DNA from: Paecilomyces variotii
Taxonomy: Eukaryota
DNA: 64,000 nt
NCBI GenBank assembly: GCA_004022145.1
Contig: RCNU01000007.1
Strand: one strand, 5' to 3'
Position 1 is the stretch's first letter; the number at the start of each line of letters is the position of its first letter. The notes beneath the pieces were generated by a model. That model made no database searches. It was not told where the DNA came from and saw nothing but the letters and a program-made list of their open reading frames with translations. A program made the position numbers and the translations under genes. Positions 25,639 through 37,789 of this stretch are shown piece by piece.

Positions 25639-27113
25639 ATGACGCCCGCATTAAGGCCAATAGAGGCGCTTCAAACGACCAGTATTTCTCACAGAGATCT
25701 GGCGGCTAGTCGCAGCAGCAGCACAGATAAGAACGTTGGAACCGAGGAATATATCGAGGTTGCTGATAGAAGTGATCGGGAACATATTAGCAACGGCGTC
25801 ACGACTGCCATCACGGACGCTGAAAACATAGAACCTGCTATAAAAGACGGTGGTACTCGAGCCTGGCTGCAAGTTACTGGCTCTTTTCTTGTATTTTCAA
25901 ATATCTGGGGTTTCATATTCGCATTTGGTATTCCTAACATCCCTCCCTGCACGAGAAAGCTACTGATATGCTCCAAGGGGCCTTCGAGTCTTACTACCAA
26001 ATCACGTACCTACCCGCGGCGTCTTCATCATCATTAGCATGGATTGGTACAACTGCCAACTTCCTGCTTATATTTGGCGGCATCCTCACCGGTCCCCTTT
26101 TTGATAGGGGTTATTTCCGCACTATGCTGTTAACGGGTGCTTTCCTTGAGGTTCTAGCCGTGTTCTTGTTGAGCATATGCACCAAATACTGGCAGGTCTT
26201 ACTTACACAGGGGATTATGCTCGGTGTTGGAAACTCTTTTCTGTATATGCCTGGGCTCGCACTTGTCGGCCGCTCATTCTTGAAACATCGTGCCGCAGCA
26301 CTTGCGTGCGCCACCTGCGGTGCGCCTATCGGTGGGATCGTTTTCACTCTCGTTTTCCAGCAGCTCGTTTCACCCTTAGGCTTCGGCAGCACTGTTCGAG
26401 TCATAGGATACATCATCGTGGGGTGCTATCTCATATCATTCCCATTGCTTCTCTGGAATGTACAAAACCTCGGAGACCTATCGGCCACCAGGACACGGAA
26501 GCTATTTGATGCCAAGGCTTTTTTGGAGCTTCCTTTCGTGATATATACTCTGAGCAACTTCATGGTGTTCTTCGGCTACTTGGTCCCGTTCATCTTCATG
26601 TCCAGCTTTGCGCAAATCGCTCTGGGAATGAGTTCCACGGATGCAAATGCTACAATTATGATTACGCAGGCTACTTCCATTGTCGGTCGGTTACTATCGG
26701 GCTATTTTGCTGTCAAAATTGGTAATATTGTACAGTGGAGTATCTGTGCCTTAGCGAGCGGAATCATCTGCATTGCATGGGCTGGTATTCATCAGCAAGG
26801 AACATTCTTTTTACTTGTTGCACTCTTTGGCATGTTCAGCGGCCCTCTAATTTCATTACCGCCAAGTGCCTTCGTCATTGTATGTTCTGACCCAGAGCTG
26901 CTCGGCACAAGATTGGGCATGGCAAGTGCAATTGGAGCATTTGCTAGTTTAATCGGCAGTCCAACCGCAGGTGCTCTGGAGCAGGTGGGTGGGAAGACAA
27001 ACTTCCTTGCTATGCAGCTTTTCAGTGGGGTGTGTATGACGACTGGGGGCTTCTGTTTGGTTTTCCTATGGGCCATTCTTATTAAAAGAAGGGAAGGAAG
27101 CAAGCTTATATAA
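25639..27113 (+). CDS. MFS monocarboxylate-porter (MCT/MCH-like) transporter
   Basis: DGGTRAWLQVTGSF, GPLFDRG and multiple hydrophobic helices. One intron, 25928-25977 (GT..CTGAT..AG), joins the two ORFs in frame. Confidence 0.9.
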
Positions 27114-27719
27114 GAGTAGCGCATGATTGAATGTTATCTATATCATGGCAGATTCTCACTACATACACTGTTCCGTTCTGCATAGTAAGTGTTTGTTTAA
27201 TACTATTGCTGAGTTTATGCATCTGAATTCTGAGTGTAATAATATCGTGGATCGCCCATGCGGACCTTCCTTACAGTGTATAAATTGGCAGGACCACCAT
27301 CAGGTCCCCTCCAGATGGAGGTTGAACTGGCCTCATTGCTGCTCTTCGCCGCTGCTCACTGCAGCCATAGAGCAACTTGGTTACATGGTAGAAGTCCGTC
27401 TCAACTCACCGCATCTCAAGTACCCCAAACTCCATTGTTAGTGCTGCTAAAATGACAGACTCCTGTTTAAGAGTAACGCCTTTACCGTATTATTATGAAT
27501 AGATCCAGAGGACATACTAAAATACGAATGCAGCCGCATGGTGACATAAGCGATAGTCAGAATTTCTCTCCAGGCGATATCTCGTAAGAGTTTCATTCGG
27601 CGTGCGTTAAAGCAGAAACTTCGCTATTCTCATTGTACATCTTCGAAAGGTGGAAAGATTCTCAATAATGTCTACGTGCATCATTGAAGCGTAGCTACTG
27701 ATATACCAAGTCATATTTA

Positions 27720-29079
27720 TCACACAACTGACTGCTGCGAGTATCGGCTATACAGCTCCGGATACCACTTCTTACCCACATCAGGATGACTGAAAATGCG
27801 GTTTCGTAGTTGTGCTTCACCAAACTATTGGATATTAGCGGAGGCTTACTTAATGGAACAGTGTGGACAGGTTTCCAACTTACGCATGCGTATTGCGGAG
27901 ATATTAGCTCACTGGGAACGTCCACAGCTCTCTTCTTCTTATCATCAGAAGCTGGAATCCTATCAACGATGCTCGCAGTGGATCGCTTCAGATCATCTAA
28001 TCTGAGGTCTAACCTCACTGCTTGAAAATACGGGATGCTGTACCGAGTGCAAGATGTCGGTGACTTGCGTTCCTGTTAGCCGGACGACATGTTTTGAAGT
28101 TTGTCTTCCTCTCAGCTTACCATGACGCGATGTGTGGTTCCAGAACAGACACCCCCAGTTATCGCTTCAAACCCTTGCGCAATGTTTATGACCAGACTTC
28201 CCTCAATAGGGGGCGCGTCTATCCACTCTCCAGATTTATTAAGAACTTGCAAACCCCCAACGTTGTCTTGAGCAAGGTACGTGAAAAGACCGATAGAGTC
28301 TTTGTGAGGCCCAACGCCCTGAGATCCAGCAGGAGATTCTGGGTATTTAACGAATTTCAATCTCGACATTTTCCCAAGGAAGGGCTCAAATGTGTCAGCT
28401 GGGAGCGAGATGCTCTTGGCCGCAAACCTGACGAAAGTCCTGCCTAGGGCTTCCATGGCAGCCATATATCTCCGAACAAGGTCCTTTATGGACTCATTAG
28501 GGAACTAATCACCCACAGAATTCCGTTTTAGTAACATATCGGTGACAGAAGAAGGGAGAAACTGAAAAGTTAGCAAGAAAGAAGTCTTGTCGTACCTGGC
28601 TTGGACCTTCCAACCTCTGCCAGAAAGGGTCACCTTCCTTAAAGTCTTCGACTTCAGATCCAAAGTCAAATTGCTGCAAATATGTTAGCAGAAACTAGTA
28701 ATATCAGGAAGTTCAAAAACCTACCTCCCGGAGATCTGTGACACTGGCAGTTGTCTCTCTTCCCAGAGATGTGTAACCTAAAAATGCGGGAGAATTTATC
28801 ATGTCGACTGCATCTTTCTCGGGCACAGGGATAGAGAAGACTTCGGGCATTCGCGCGTGTGCTTCCTTGATCAATGACTGTTCGCATTTTAGGGTGAGTA
28901 ACTGCCTGTAATGTAATACTTGCATTGCGGATCCTTACCTCGAGGCCGGTATTTACTAGATATAAGAATCCAACATGGAAAATCGCATCTCGAAGGACTA
29001 CTAACTCGGAATCTGTGGTCTCGGGGTTCTGGAGGCGACTGAGGTCAACAATCGGAATGGTGGAGAATGAGGTAGACAT
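27720..29079 (-). CDS. Fe(II)/2-oxoglutarate dioxygenase (IPNS/DIOX_N-2OG-FeII_Oxy family)
   Basis: IPIVDLS..GFLYLVNTG N-terminus, GVGPHKD (HxD), GGLQV, THRV and RYSIPYF (RxS). Multi-exon; last exon FGEAQLRNRIFSHPDVGKKWYPEL..SVV*. Confidence 0.9.
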
Positions 29080-29803
29080 ATCGCTTAGTGTAGCCTTGCT
29101 CAGGAATGTTGTATACTGAAGTATGTTGCAGGAACTACGAAGTTGCGTTGTAACGTCCTATATATATTTTAAGGGAAGCCCTGAACGCTTCGTGGACATC
29201 CTCCGAGCCGGCGAAATATTGCATCCCCTTATCATCGTAGCGTTCTTCAGAGCCAGTGCAAATGAATGAGCCTCCCAATACAAACCTAACGACATGCACA
29301 TATTGTTAAATCTAATTGTCCTTCCGTGTAGCCCCGGTTTCGCCGATCTTGCGGCGGCCATACCTACCTCTACGCCAGTCCCATAGCTCAACGCGGTGAA
29401 TTTCTCAGGGATATTTCGCCGAGCCTCATATTTGCCGTCTTGCATGTCTTGTATACCGTGCAAACAAAGACGAGAATCAGATTTTCCGACATTGCGCGAG
29501 ATCTGCCCATCAATCCTCCGACATAGACTGCTTTATGCGTCGCCTTATTCCGCTATTCATCGTGTAGTAATCGGTGAAGTGGCCTTCGTTCAGCCAGGAC
29601 ACTTCCATCCACCGGGATCAATACTCGCCTCCACAGCGAGTAACATAATTTTGGAACGGAGGAATTATCTTAGACTCTGCATCCTAGAGGCCGGTATATC
29701 CGAAACGTACCTATTTAAAAGGTATCCTCATGTTATATTCTCTTTCTTGCTCTTGCACCTTCAATTGAATCTCGTGCTCTTATATTCGCAAAGCTTACGG
29801 ACT

Positions 29804-30868
29804 ATGATCATGACTTCCTCACCCTGCGGTGTACATCTCGTTGGTTCCATCTGCGGCGCAGAGACAGCCACAGACTCCTTCAAAAAATGCGTGACTGCGT
29901 TCCCATCTTGTATTTATCGCCTCCCTGATGGTGAACCGGCCTCGCGGAATAACTTCATCGGCTGGCAACGGACCGTCTTCTCTGGCATCCCAGTCGCGCT
30001 GGAGCAATACGACGCAAAAGGCGATGTCATTGAACAACCTAAAGCCTCTCCATGCGAAGTTGCAGATGTGATTAAAAACATGGCGCCGCTCAAGCTCTGC
30101 TATGACGACTTTGCCTTGGAGAGCTACGCCGAGTTCAAGCGGTTAAAAGACGAGGGAGTAATTCCCAAAAGCGTGAAATTCCTAGTTTGTGTACCAACAG
30201 TGTACTGCGTCATGTCCCTTCTGCGGGCTGAATTTGCCGCCACTGTCGAGCCGATCTACACGAATGCCTTGGTGGGATGTCTCAAGCGGCTGGAGGCTGA
30301 GATACCACACGAGGATCTCGCAGTGCAGGTTGATGTTGCGGCGGAGCCAATGTTGATTCACGCCAGACCCGGGAAGCGCATTTACCATTTTGATCAGTAC
30401 TGGGAAGGTGATGTGTTCACTGGGGCGATGGATAGAGTTGCCGCGTTAGTGAGGAGCGTATCTGGAGATGTTGAAGTTGGGATGCATATCTGCTATGGGG
30501 ACATGGGCCATAAGCATTTCATTGAACCCGCCGACACAGCAGATATTGTGAGAATTGCGAATTCTGTCCTTGAAAGGGCACAAAGACCGATTAACTGGAT
30601 ACATTTCCCAGTTCCAAAGGCCAGAGACGATGAGGCATACTTCGAGCCGCTACGGGGCTTGAAGGTGGGACATGAAACGGAACTCTATGTGGGCCTTGTG
30701 CATCCAAACGACGAAAGTGGAACAAGAAAAAGGCTGGAGACAGCCACAAAATTCCTCGAAGGGAGGAAATTTGGTGTTGCAACAGAGTGTGGACTGGGGA
30801 GGGCACCGACGGAGGAGTTTGACTCAGTTGCAAGAATATCAACAGCTATATGTAGTCCTGCATCCTAA
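29804..30868 (+). CDS. Cobalamin-independent methionine synthase-like (UROD/MetE-like) single-barrel Zn enzyme
   Basis: GVHLVGS, RLPDGEP..R..FIGWQ, HICYGD (HxC) and ATECGLGR (distal Cys). Intronless; ATG at 29804 or 29810. Confidence 0.85.
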   Translation: MIMTSSPCGVHLVGSICGAETATDSFKKCVTAFPSCIYRLPDGEPASRNNFIGWQRTVFSGIPVALEQYDAKGDVIEQPKASPCEVADVIKNMAPLKLCYDDFALESYAEFKRLKDEGVIPKSVKFLVCVPTVYCVMSLLRAEFAATVEPIYTNALVGCLKRLEAEIPHEDLAVQVDVAAEPMLIHARPGKRIYHFDQYWEGDVFTGAMDRVAALVRSVSGDVEVGMHICYGDMGHKHFIEPADTADIVRIANSVLERAQRPINWIHFPVPKARDDEAYFEPLRGLKVGHETELYVGLVHPNDESGTRKRLETATKFLEGRKFGVATECGLGRAPTEEFDSVARISTAICSPAS

Positions 30869-31199
30869 GCTCGAGCTAGAGATTTTCATACGAGATAACA
30901 AGGTTAATAAAATCACGAAATTGCTTTTCATAAAAAATCAATAGCTAGACTATATTTCTATGTGTATAACATGACCAGTGGGTCCTGCTTCACGTTCAGA
31001 CTGTGATTCCAAGCGACCATGGGGCTGGCCTTTCCCGGACATTCTCGGAAAGAGTATACTAACAATCATTTATCGAGCGCGAACCACAGGAAGCTAGTAA
31101 TAATTCGGTAAAGCTTTACGGCCAAAGAATATCACAGTCCTCGTCTGGCCAGCTCAGTTCTGCCCATCATAGTTTCTCGCGATAGATGGACCTTCAATC

Positions 31200-31672
31200 T
31201 CCCTAGCTCTGCAACTCGTGTCTCTCAAAGAACAGTCCCTGTCTGGTAGTACCTGCGGGTCATCTTATGAAATTCGGCTCATCGCGCCTAGAGTATAGCT
31301 GTCAGACTTTCAGACACTTGGAAATACAAGCATGTCCCATACTGACTATGGGGAACAGAGGTTGCTGAAGTTCGGTAGTTCACAGTTACCGCGCAGTCGG
31401 TTAAACCAGCTGCAAAACCCCGTGGGATGTTCCATTGCTTCTGTCCTAACATAACCGAGCGAAAAAGCTTAGCCGGAACGTTCTTCGGCCCTGTAATCGG
31501 GGATTGTAATGCCGGTGGCAATGATCGCGCCTTCCACATCATAATCACAGCAGGGGTTGGTGGGCGAAGGCTTCACCATAATGCACATTCTATTGACAGT
31601 CGACCGCATGAGAAAAGTTTGCTGGTATGTCTGTCTGTGTGGCGCAGTACGGGAGGATGATAGCAATGACAT
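31200..31672 (-). pseudogene. Possible decayed zinc-binding (MDR/enoyl-reductase-like) oxidoreductase remnant
   Basis: Fragments in different frames (DYDVEGAIIATG..DYRAEER, YRTSATSVPHSQY, LGAMSRIS*DDPQV) resemble MDR motifs in the expected order. Confidence 0.3.
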
Positions 31673-31739
31673 AATACCGTCGCTGATGATGAAGAGATAA
31701 AAGGGCCAGGCTGGTTCGGCTCAAGATCAATTGACAATG

Positions 31740-31787
31740 TAATAACTATCAAGTGTCAACTGCTAATAACTATCAAGTGTCAACTGC
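31740..31787. repeat. Perfect 24-bp tandem duplication upstream of the PhyH-like gene
   Basis: taataactatcaagtgtcaactgc x2. Confidence 0.95.
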
Positions 31788-31846
31788 CAACTTCAAGGTT
31801 AATACCAAATAAATTATCAACAACCAGCTTTTGAGGGCCTAACATC

Positions 31847-33197
31847 ATGCCTACTGCAACCGAGACTGTCGTGAGCACGCAGACAAAGGTTCGCCCGGCT
31901 CTCAGGCTTCCAAACGCTCATGAGAGTGACACTAAGGTCAGTCAAATCTCGTTTTTATGTCTGTATACAATTCGGTCTGTTGTCCTGACACATCTATAGT
32001 CTCCTGAATGGCTGGTTGAGTTACAGACCAAGGGATGGACAGTAGTCCGCGAGGCCATTCCTAAGGAAAAAGCCTTAGAGTATGCCGACAAAGGGTACGA
32101 ATGGCTTGAGAGTTGGAACCTTGGGTTCAACCGTAGTGATCCATCCACTCGGAAGACAGCTAACCTTCCATGGCACATCCGTGGCGGGCTGTATAACAGG
32201 TGCGGCTCCATATGTTTCGTATAAACCGGAAGAGATTGTTAAATTTTGTATTATAGGTACGGCGTGGGCCATGAACAATTCGTTTGGGATTTGAAATCTG
32301 AGCCTGGACTTGTGGAGAAATGGGAGCAGATTTGGGGAACCAGGGAGCTACTTGTGTCTTTCGGTAAGTTTGATCTTCGTTCAAAGAATTTTACACACGG
32401 TGTATATATGTTCTCGATTCGACTGACACTGGTCAGATGGTGTGAATCTTTCTATGCCGGAAAAGGAACGCCCCAAGACAGACCCGCTCTTCGCACCCTG
32501 GGCACATGTCGACCAGTCACCCTTTAATGATAAATTCGACACTGTCCAGGGCATTCTGAATCTCCTGCCAAACGGCCCCGACGATGGTGGACTCATGGTT
32601 CTTGAAGGGTCCAGCTCATTCTATACCGAGCTCTGGAAACGCTTCGACCATAAACAAGGTGAAAGGGGTTGGAGCACGTGGGCTTTCCAGAATGTAGATG
32701 AGGAGATGTGCCAATGGGTCGAGTCAAAGGGATGTCAATGGAGAAAGGTTTGCGCACAGCCTGGTGATCTGCTACTCTGGGACTCGGTAGGTTTCCACTT
32801 CGCTGCTTGCAAAGAATGAGCATACCGCTAATAGAACAAGCGTACTATTCATTACGGCGCCCCCCCTTCCTCTGTAAATGACCGCTTCGCGGCATGTAAG
32901 TCAACACCATTTCCAAGGGTTTTCTTTTCGCATTTCTTTCAAAGAGGAAACACGCTAACATGTCTCGAAGATGTCTGCTACAAGCCGGCCGCCTGGGTTT
33001 CTGAGGAAGCAAAGCAAGTCCGACTCAAAGCTTTTAAAGAAAAGCGTAATACCACCCATGACCCGGCTGATTTCCGAGTAAAGGATCGCCTTCCGCCTGA
33101 TGATCATCCATCGTACGAGGCCGCTGTTAAAAGGCCTCTCCAAAACCCCGTCCTTTCGAAGAGGGCCAGGGAGTTGATTGGACTGGATCCATACTGA
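31847..33197 (+). CDS. Phytanoyl-CoA dioxygenase (PhyH)-family Fe/2OG dioxygenase
   Basis: KGWTVVREAIP, YGVGHEQFVW, WAHVDQSP (HxD), VQGILNLLPNGPDDGGL and QPGDLLLWDS..IHYG. Several GT-AG introns; stop TGA at 33195-33197. Confidence 0.88.
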
Positions 33198-34457
33198 TTG
33201 GCAACGTGCCCGTTAGGAAGACCATAAGGAGAGCTCGTAAAGAAAACGAAAAAACAAAAAGGTCAAATGGGAAGATATTGAAAGACTGATAAGTTTGCCA
33301 TAAGTTGTATCGTTAATCATTCTATATGTTCATCTGCAGAAGTCGGTCATTTCTGAGTTTTGATATTAACAAGAAATAATACTTGATGTCATGCCGCATA
33401 TAACTAGCAATTGAACAAATGACCCCGCTTCCTCTCATTCGATGATTTACAGGACAGAATTCACCAATAAAATAGCTTCTAGGTTTGACAGCGCCTACAG
33501 TAGACAGGGAAAAGGGAATACTGGTGCGGAAACAAAGCAGAATAGTGCAGTTTCGCCAAATGGCACCTGTACGTTAGCACCTAGACAGCCCCTCCAAGGG
33601 TGTAGGAATATAATCTACTTATTACAACCATTGTAAGCCATCTCATTGTCGGGATTCTGCATTACAGAACCATTTCCAGCAACCTTAGAAGACGTTGAGA
33701 TAGAATATTTTCGCTAGCCTCGGCGTGGCTCAGAAAACAAAGTCTAAATACTCCAATTATTTTTTCACCTTTAGAGGCCCCGCTTAAACTACGGAGTATG
33801 CTAAGACTTAAAGCTAAACCTTTTTAAAACGCCCAGGTGCTTAGACCACATTAACCTACTTGGTTTGGTGCCTTTATACATACACAATTACGCATCTTAG
33901 AAGCATTTTGATAAAGGGGGTGGAAAGCCTAGATTACAAGTATATAGGATCTGTGCGGACTTGTCTAGCTATGCCAAGCCATACTTAAGCGAGGGCGACG
34001 AGACGGACCGAGGAGGGAGGTCTCCAACACATTTCAGACCAGGTTAGACCTGGTGAATTAGGCTAGAGAGATAACTAGCTAGTTCGATCTCACATCGGAT
34101 GAATTCTGAGAGTCGAAAGCAGCCCTCTTTACACAAATGTTTCTACGGCTCAACTTGGTCCAGCTACTCCCGCTGTTGCAACGCTGATTACGGGTTTATC
34201 TCCCCGGCTAAACCACCGGCTCTACTGCAGGGTGCACATCAAACCAGGAATTATCCCAGATGCTTACCCCGCCATTGTAATTATTGCTTTGAAGTCATTT
34301 CTACGAGAAGTATAACAAGGCAACTTTAGCTGCTGAACTATGGGGGCATTCAGTGCTTATCATGAGTCACGTATTTCTCAATTGTTCTATTGACCAGTTT
34401 ATAGTGTCTTGACTTACGGCGTTTCTATTGAAATATATCTATTGGTATTTATCCAAT

Positions 34458-36106
34458 ATGATGTTTATGAATTTTATGCACGCCAAAGAGGACCGGCCAA
34501 CACCACCAGAAGTTGTAAGCTTATGCCATCTGCTGTGTCAATGGGTTGCCTCTAATATGCATCCTGCTAGTATAACTGGAGGCTGTACTTCACTGTGCTG
34601 GGCCTTTCAACAGCCCTTATTGTTTTTGGCTATGATACCTCATTTATTGGCACAACGCAAACACAGCCCAGCTACAAGCGAGACTTTGGGTTAAACAACA
34701 TGTCAACTAAAGACGCTGACGCTTTCACGAGTAATGTAACAAGCCTATTCTCTGCTGGTGCCTTTTGGGGCGCATTGTTCATGTTCGTTCTGCTTGAGAT
34801 GTACGGGAGGAGAATCTCTGTGCTTATTGCTGATGTCACTTTCATTTTGGGTGCCGTCATTTCCACAGCGTCAGCCGGTAGGAAGTCTATGATGTATGCT
34901 GGACGCGTACTCTCGGGCATTGGGGTTGGGGGCTTCGTGGCCGTTATCCCAACCTATATCTCGGAACTTTCACCGCCAGCCATCCGCGGCCGCATGACGG
35001 GGTTTTTTGAGACCTTCTACCAAGTTGGCTCTCTGGTCGGCTTCTGGATCAACTACGGCATTGAGCGCAATGTTGACACGGAACGGTCCCTCGCATGGCG
35101 CATCCCCATGGGAGTCCAGCTTATTCCCGTAGGCATTGTTGCGCTGACAATCCCCTTCCTCACAGAATCCCCGACCTGGCTGCTGAAGAAGGGAAAGGAT
35201 GAAGACGCATTGAAAGCTCTTTCTTTTCTCCGCAGCCTGCCCGCCACGCATCAATACGTTCTGGAGGACGTCGACTTTATCAAGGAGCAGATTGCCATCG
35301 AGCGTGCCCTGACCATCCGGAGCGGAGCCAAGCCGACATTCTGGGGATCAACGAAAGCTGCAGTTAAAGAAGCCACTATGAAAGGAATGCGCAACCGCTT
35401 CGGGCTAGTGGCTATGTTATGTCTCTTCCAGGCGTGGAGCGGAGCGGTGGCAATTAACTATTACTCACCGACGATCTTCACCTCCATTGGCCTAGACAAC
35501 ACCACTCTCTGGACTGGTATCTATGGCGTGGTAAAATCAGGAGCAGCAATTATATATTTCTCTTTCTTGATTGATATAACCGGCCGTAAGTGGCCTTGGA
35601 TCACGTCCTGCATCGGATGCGCTATTTGCATGTACTACATCGGGGCATATATCCGCATTGCAACACCAAGTGACAGGGCTACAGAAACTAGCTCACAGAT
35701 TGCGGCCGGGAAAGGAGCTGCAGCGGCGATCATGATATTCGGATTCATGTGGTCATTCGGTGCGAACGGTCTGCCACTCATCATAGCATCTGAGATCTTC
35801 TCGCCTAGCGTGCGCAGCATCAGTGGGCCATGGGCAGGAGTCAATGTTTGGCTGTGGTCTTTCGTCGTGACGAAGTCATTGCCTAGCATGTTCAGGGCCA
35901 TGGGGTCTGGGATTTACCTTTGGAATGGTACCATTCTGGTCCTGTCTGCAATATTTGCATTTTTCTGCATTCATGAGACGAAAGGTCTGCGGATGGACCA
36001 GATGGATCAGTTGTTTGGGTCTGTGGCAAACAAGAGTGTTGAATTGAATGCTGATGCCATAGATGAGGAGAAAGTTATTGCTGTACAGATAGAACAACCT
36101 GTTTGA
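34458..36106 (+). CDS. MFS sugar-porter family transporter, quinate-permease-like
   Basis: EDRPTPPEV|YNWRLY (intron 34515-34570), FGYDT, YGRR, YISELSPPAIRG, ESPTWL, INYYSPTIF and HETKG motifs. Confidence 0.92.
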
Positions 36107-36629
36107 AATGGCAGCAATTTTATTCCTCTTTTTTTCTCGGCAGCGTAAAGTACCGAGTGGACCGCAAATTCGGCTGTTTTAGCCTATAGCTTCCTGCATC
36201 TCTAACAGTGAGGCTCCGTAAGTTTTAGAACCTTCGTAGAGAGTCAGCTGTTTAAAAATTTCTTCGGGTTGTATAAAGAGTGCATAAGCAACTCGAATAT
36301 CCTTTTCATTCTATCATTTTTGGATTAGCGCTAGTGCCTTTGTGGACTGCGCTGCACTGCTGCTAGCTATGGTCTTTATCATTCCACTACATACAAAGTC
36401 GATTCTTTTGCCATCCAATCGCCACGATACGTAAGGCTGATTGTCTTCTACATCATCAGATTGATCGTTATTACATGCAGCTTTGGTATTCCCGAGCTCC
36501 AGCCGCCCTCAAAGCCATCTCAGTTGTTTGTAGCATACATTTCGGAATATAAAGCAAGGCGTTATTAACTAATTGGCATCGAATAAACTTGGGCTTTTTA
36601 CGCCTGAGTTACTCGGACCCTGATCCTAC

Positions 36630-37789
36630 TCATTCGTACCGGTAACAAAAAGGACCAGCATGAATGTCCATCAGGTCCCTGGTCGTCCTGTTCTTGCCCA
36701 AAGGACCAAATGTTATCTGATCATCGAGTGTGAGTTCGGGCGAGGGTGGGACATTCTCCAGCGTCTGAGTTCCATTCAACGCATACCTCCTTGTTTTCAG
36801 GTCTATGGCCTGCCACATCCACCACATGCGATCCACCTGCGCGTGATGCTTGGATTCGCTGTCAATATATGTCATGCAGAAGGGGAAAATATTAATAAGA
36901 CATACCAGGAAGAACACAGGATCAGTGGGACTAGTGAATAGATCCGCTCCATTCCCTCCCATCGCGACGTGTCCGCCACCATGAGGACCATAATGGGCAT
37001 CACCCTCACGAGTAGACAAGTAGTTCTGGAAGTCACCGATAGTAGGCTGGGAAAGCAAATCGGCGATACAGCTGTAGTTATTGTTCAGCCGAAGTGCCTC
37101 ATCATTCAAGCCGCGCTGAAAGCAGTTCGGTCTATATTCGAAGGACCAACTGGGGATTGTCCCACTGCCATTGTTTTCGATGTTGTCCATGATGATGCTA
37201 TTGGGAAACTTCGGAAATGGCGAGGTGTAATTGCGGAAAGGCCCTTTGTAAACACACGAGTCGTTCTCTCTACCATTGCTGCCTAACGAGTAAGGACCCC
37301 CATCGAAGATAGTCGAATTCTCCAGCCCGCCTTGCACGTATGCAGGCCAATCCCAGTAGGGCTGGGCGCCTTTGTAGCCGCATTCGTTGCGGAGGGCAGA
37401 CTCGTAAAGCCAGACGTATCCGCGGTGCCATGGCAAGAAAATAGCATCCAGATGGATAATGAAGGTGTAGTTGATGTGCGTCGCTATGAAATCGGCATAA
37501 CGATTCTTTGCTCCTGGATACTGTGTATTGTTTAATCTGGACGGCAAATTCTGGAGGCATGTCACGGCATTGGAATACTCCATGCGCTCAGATGGAGTGA
37601 GATTTGACCTGGATTATGAGTCCGCCAGTCTTAGCATAACTGCTACAGATGTTATTGGGCCACCGACCATTCTTTTCGGACCAGCATTGTCTCGCGTGTA
37701 CAGGCCGACTGATTCGTTGGAGCCCCGGACGTTAGCAGGCTAGGTATGGAGACCCCTAGGAGGGCTGAGATTAAGACGCTTGGTCTCAT
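36630..37789 (-). CDS. Secreted tyrosinase / di-copper centre protein
   Basis: Signal-like MRPSVLISALLGVSIPSLLTSGA and VRKEW. CuA: H..IH...FLPWHR, then QPYWDW. CuB: PHGGGH..SPTDPVFFL|HHAQVDRMWWMWQ. Two introns. Confidence 0.92.

Noticed and set aside
29396-29803. 136-aa N-terminal extension of the MetE-like ORF
   Set aside because: It begins at GTG, lies in the divergent promoter and shows no family features. Recognisable sequence starts after ATG 29804/29810.
27720-33197. Assignment to a known cluster (penicillin IPNS, swainsonine-type dioxygenase pair)
   Set aside because: Only family-level similarity; the defining NRPS/PKS genes are absent from the window.
33700-34090. Mildly TpA-rich intergenic patch (similar at ~54120-54340) as a small TE relic
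   Set aside because: No terminal repeats, TSD or coding motif could be found by eye.
37668-37789. Suspected frameshift in the tyrosinase signal-peptide exon
   Set aside because: On re-reading, ATG 37789 is in frame through to VRKEW.
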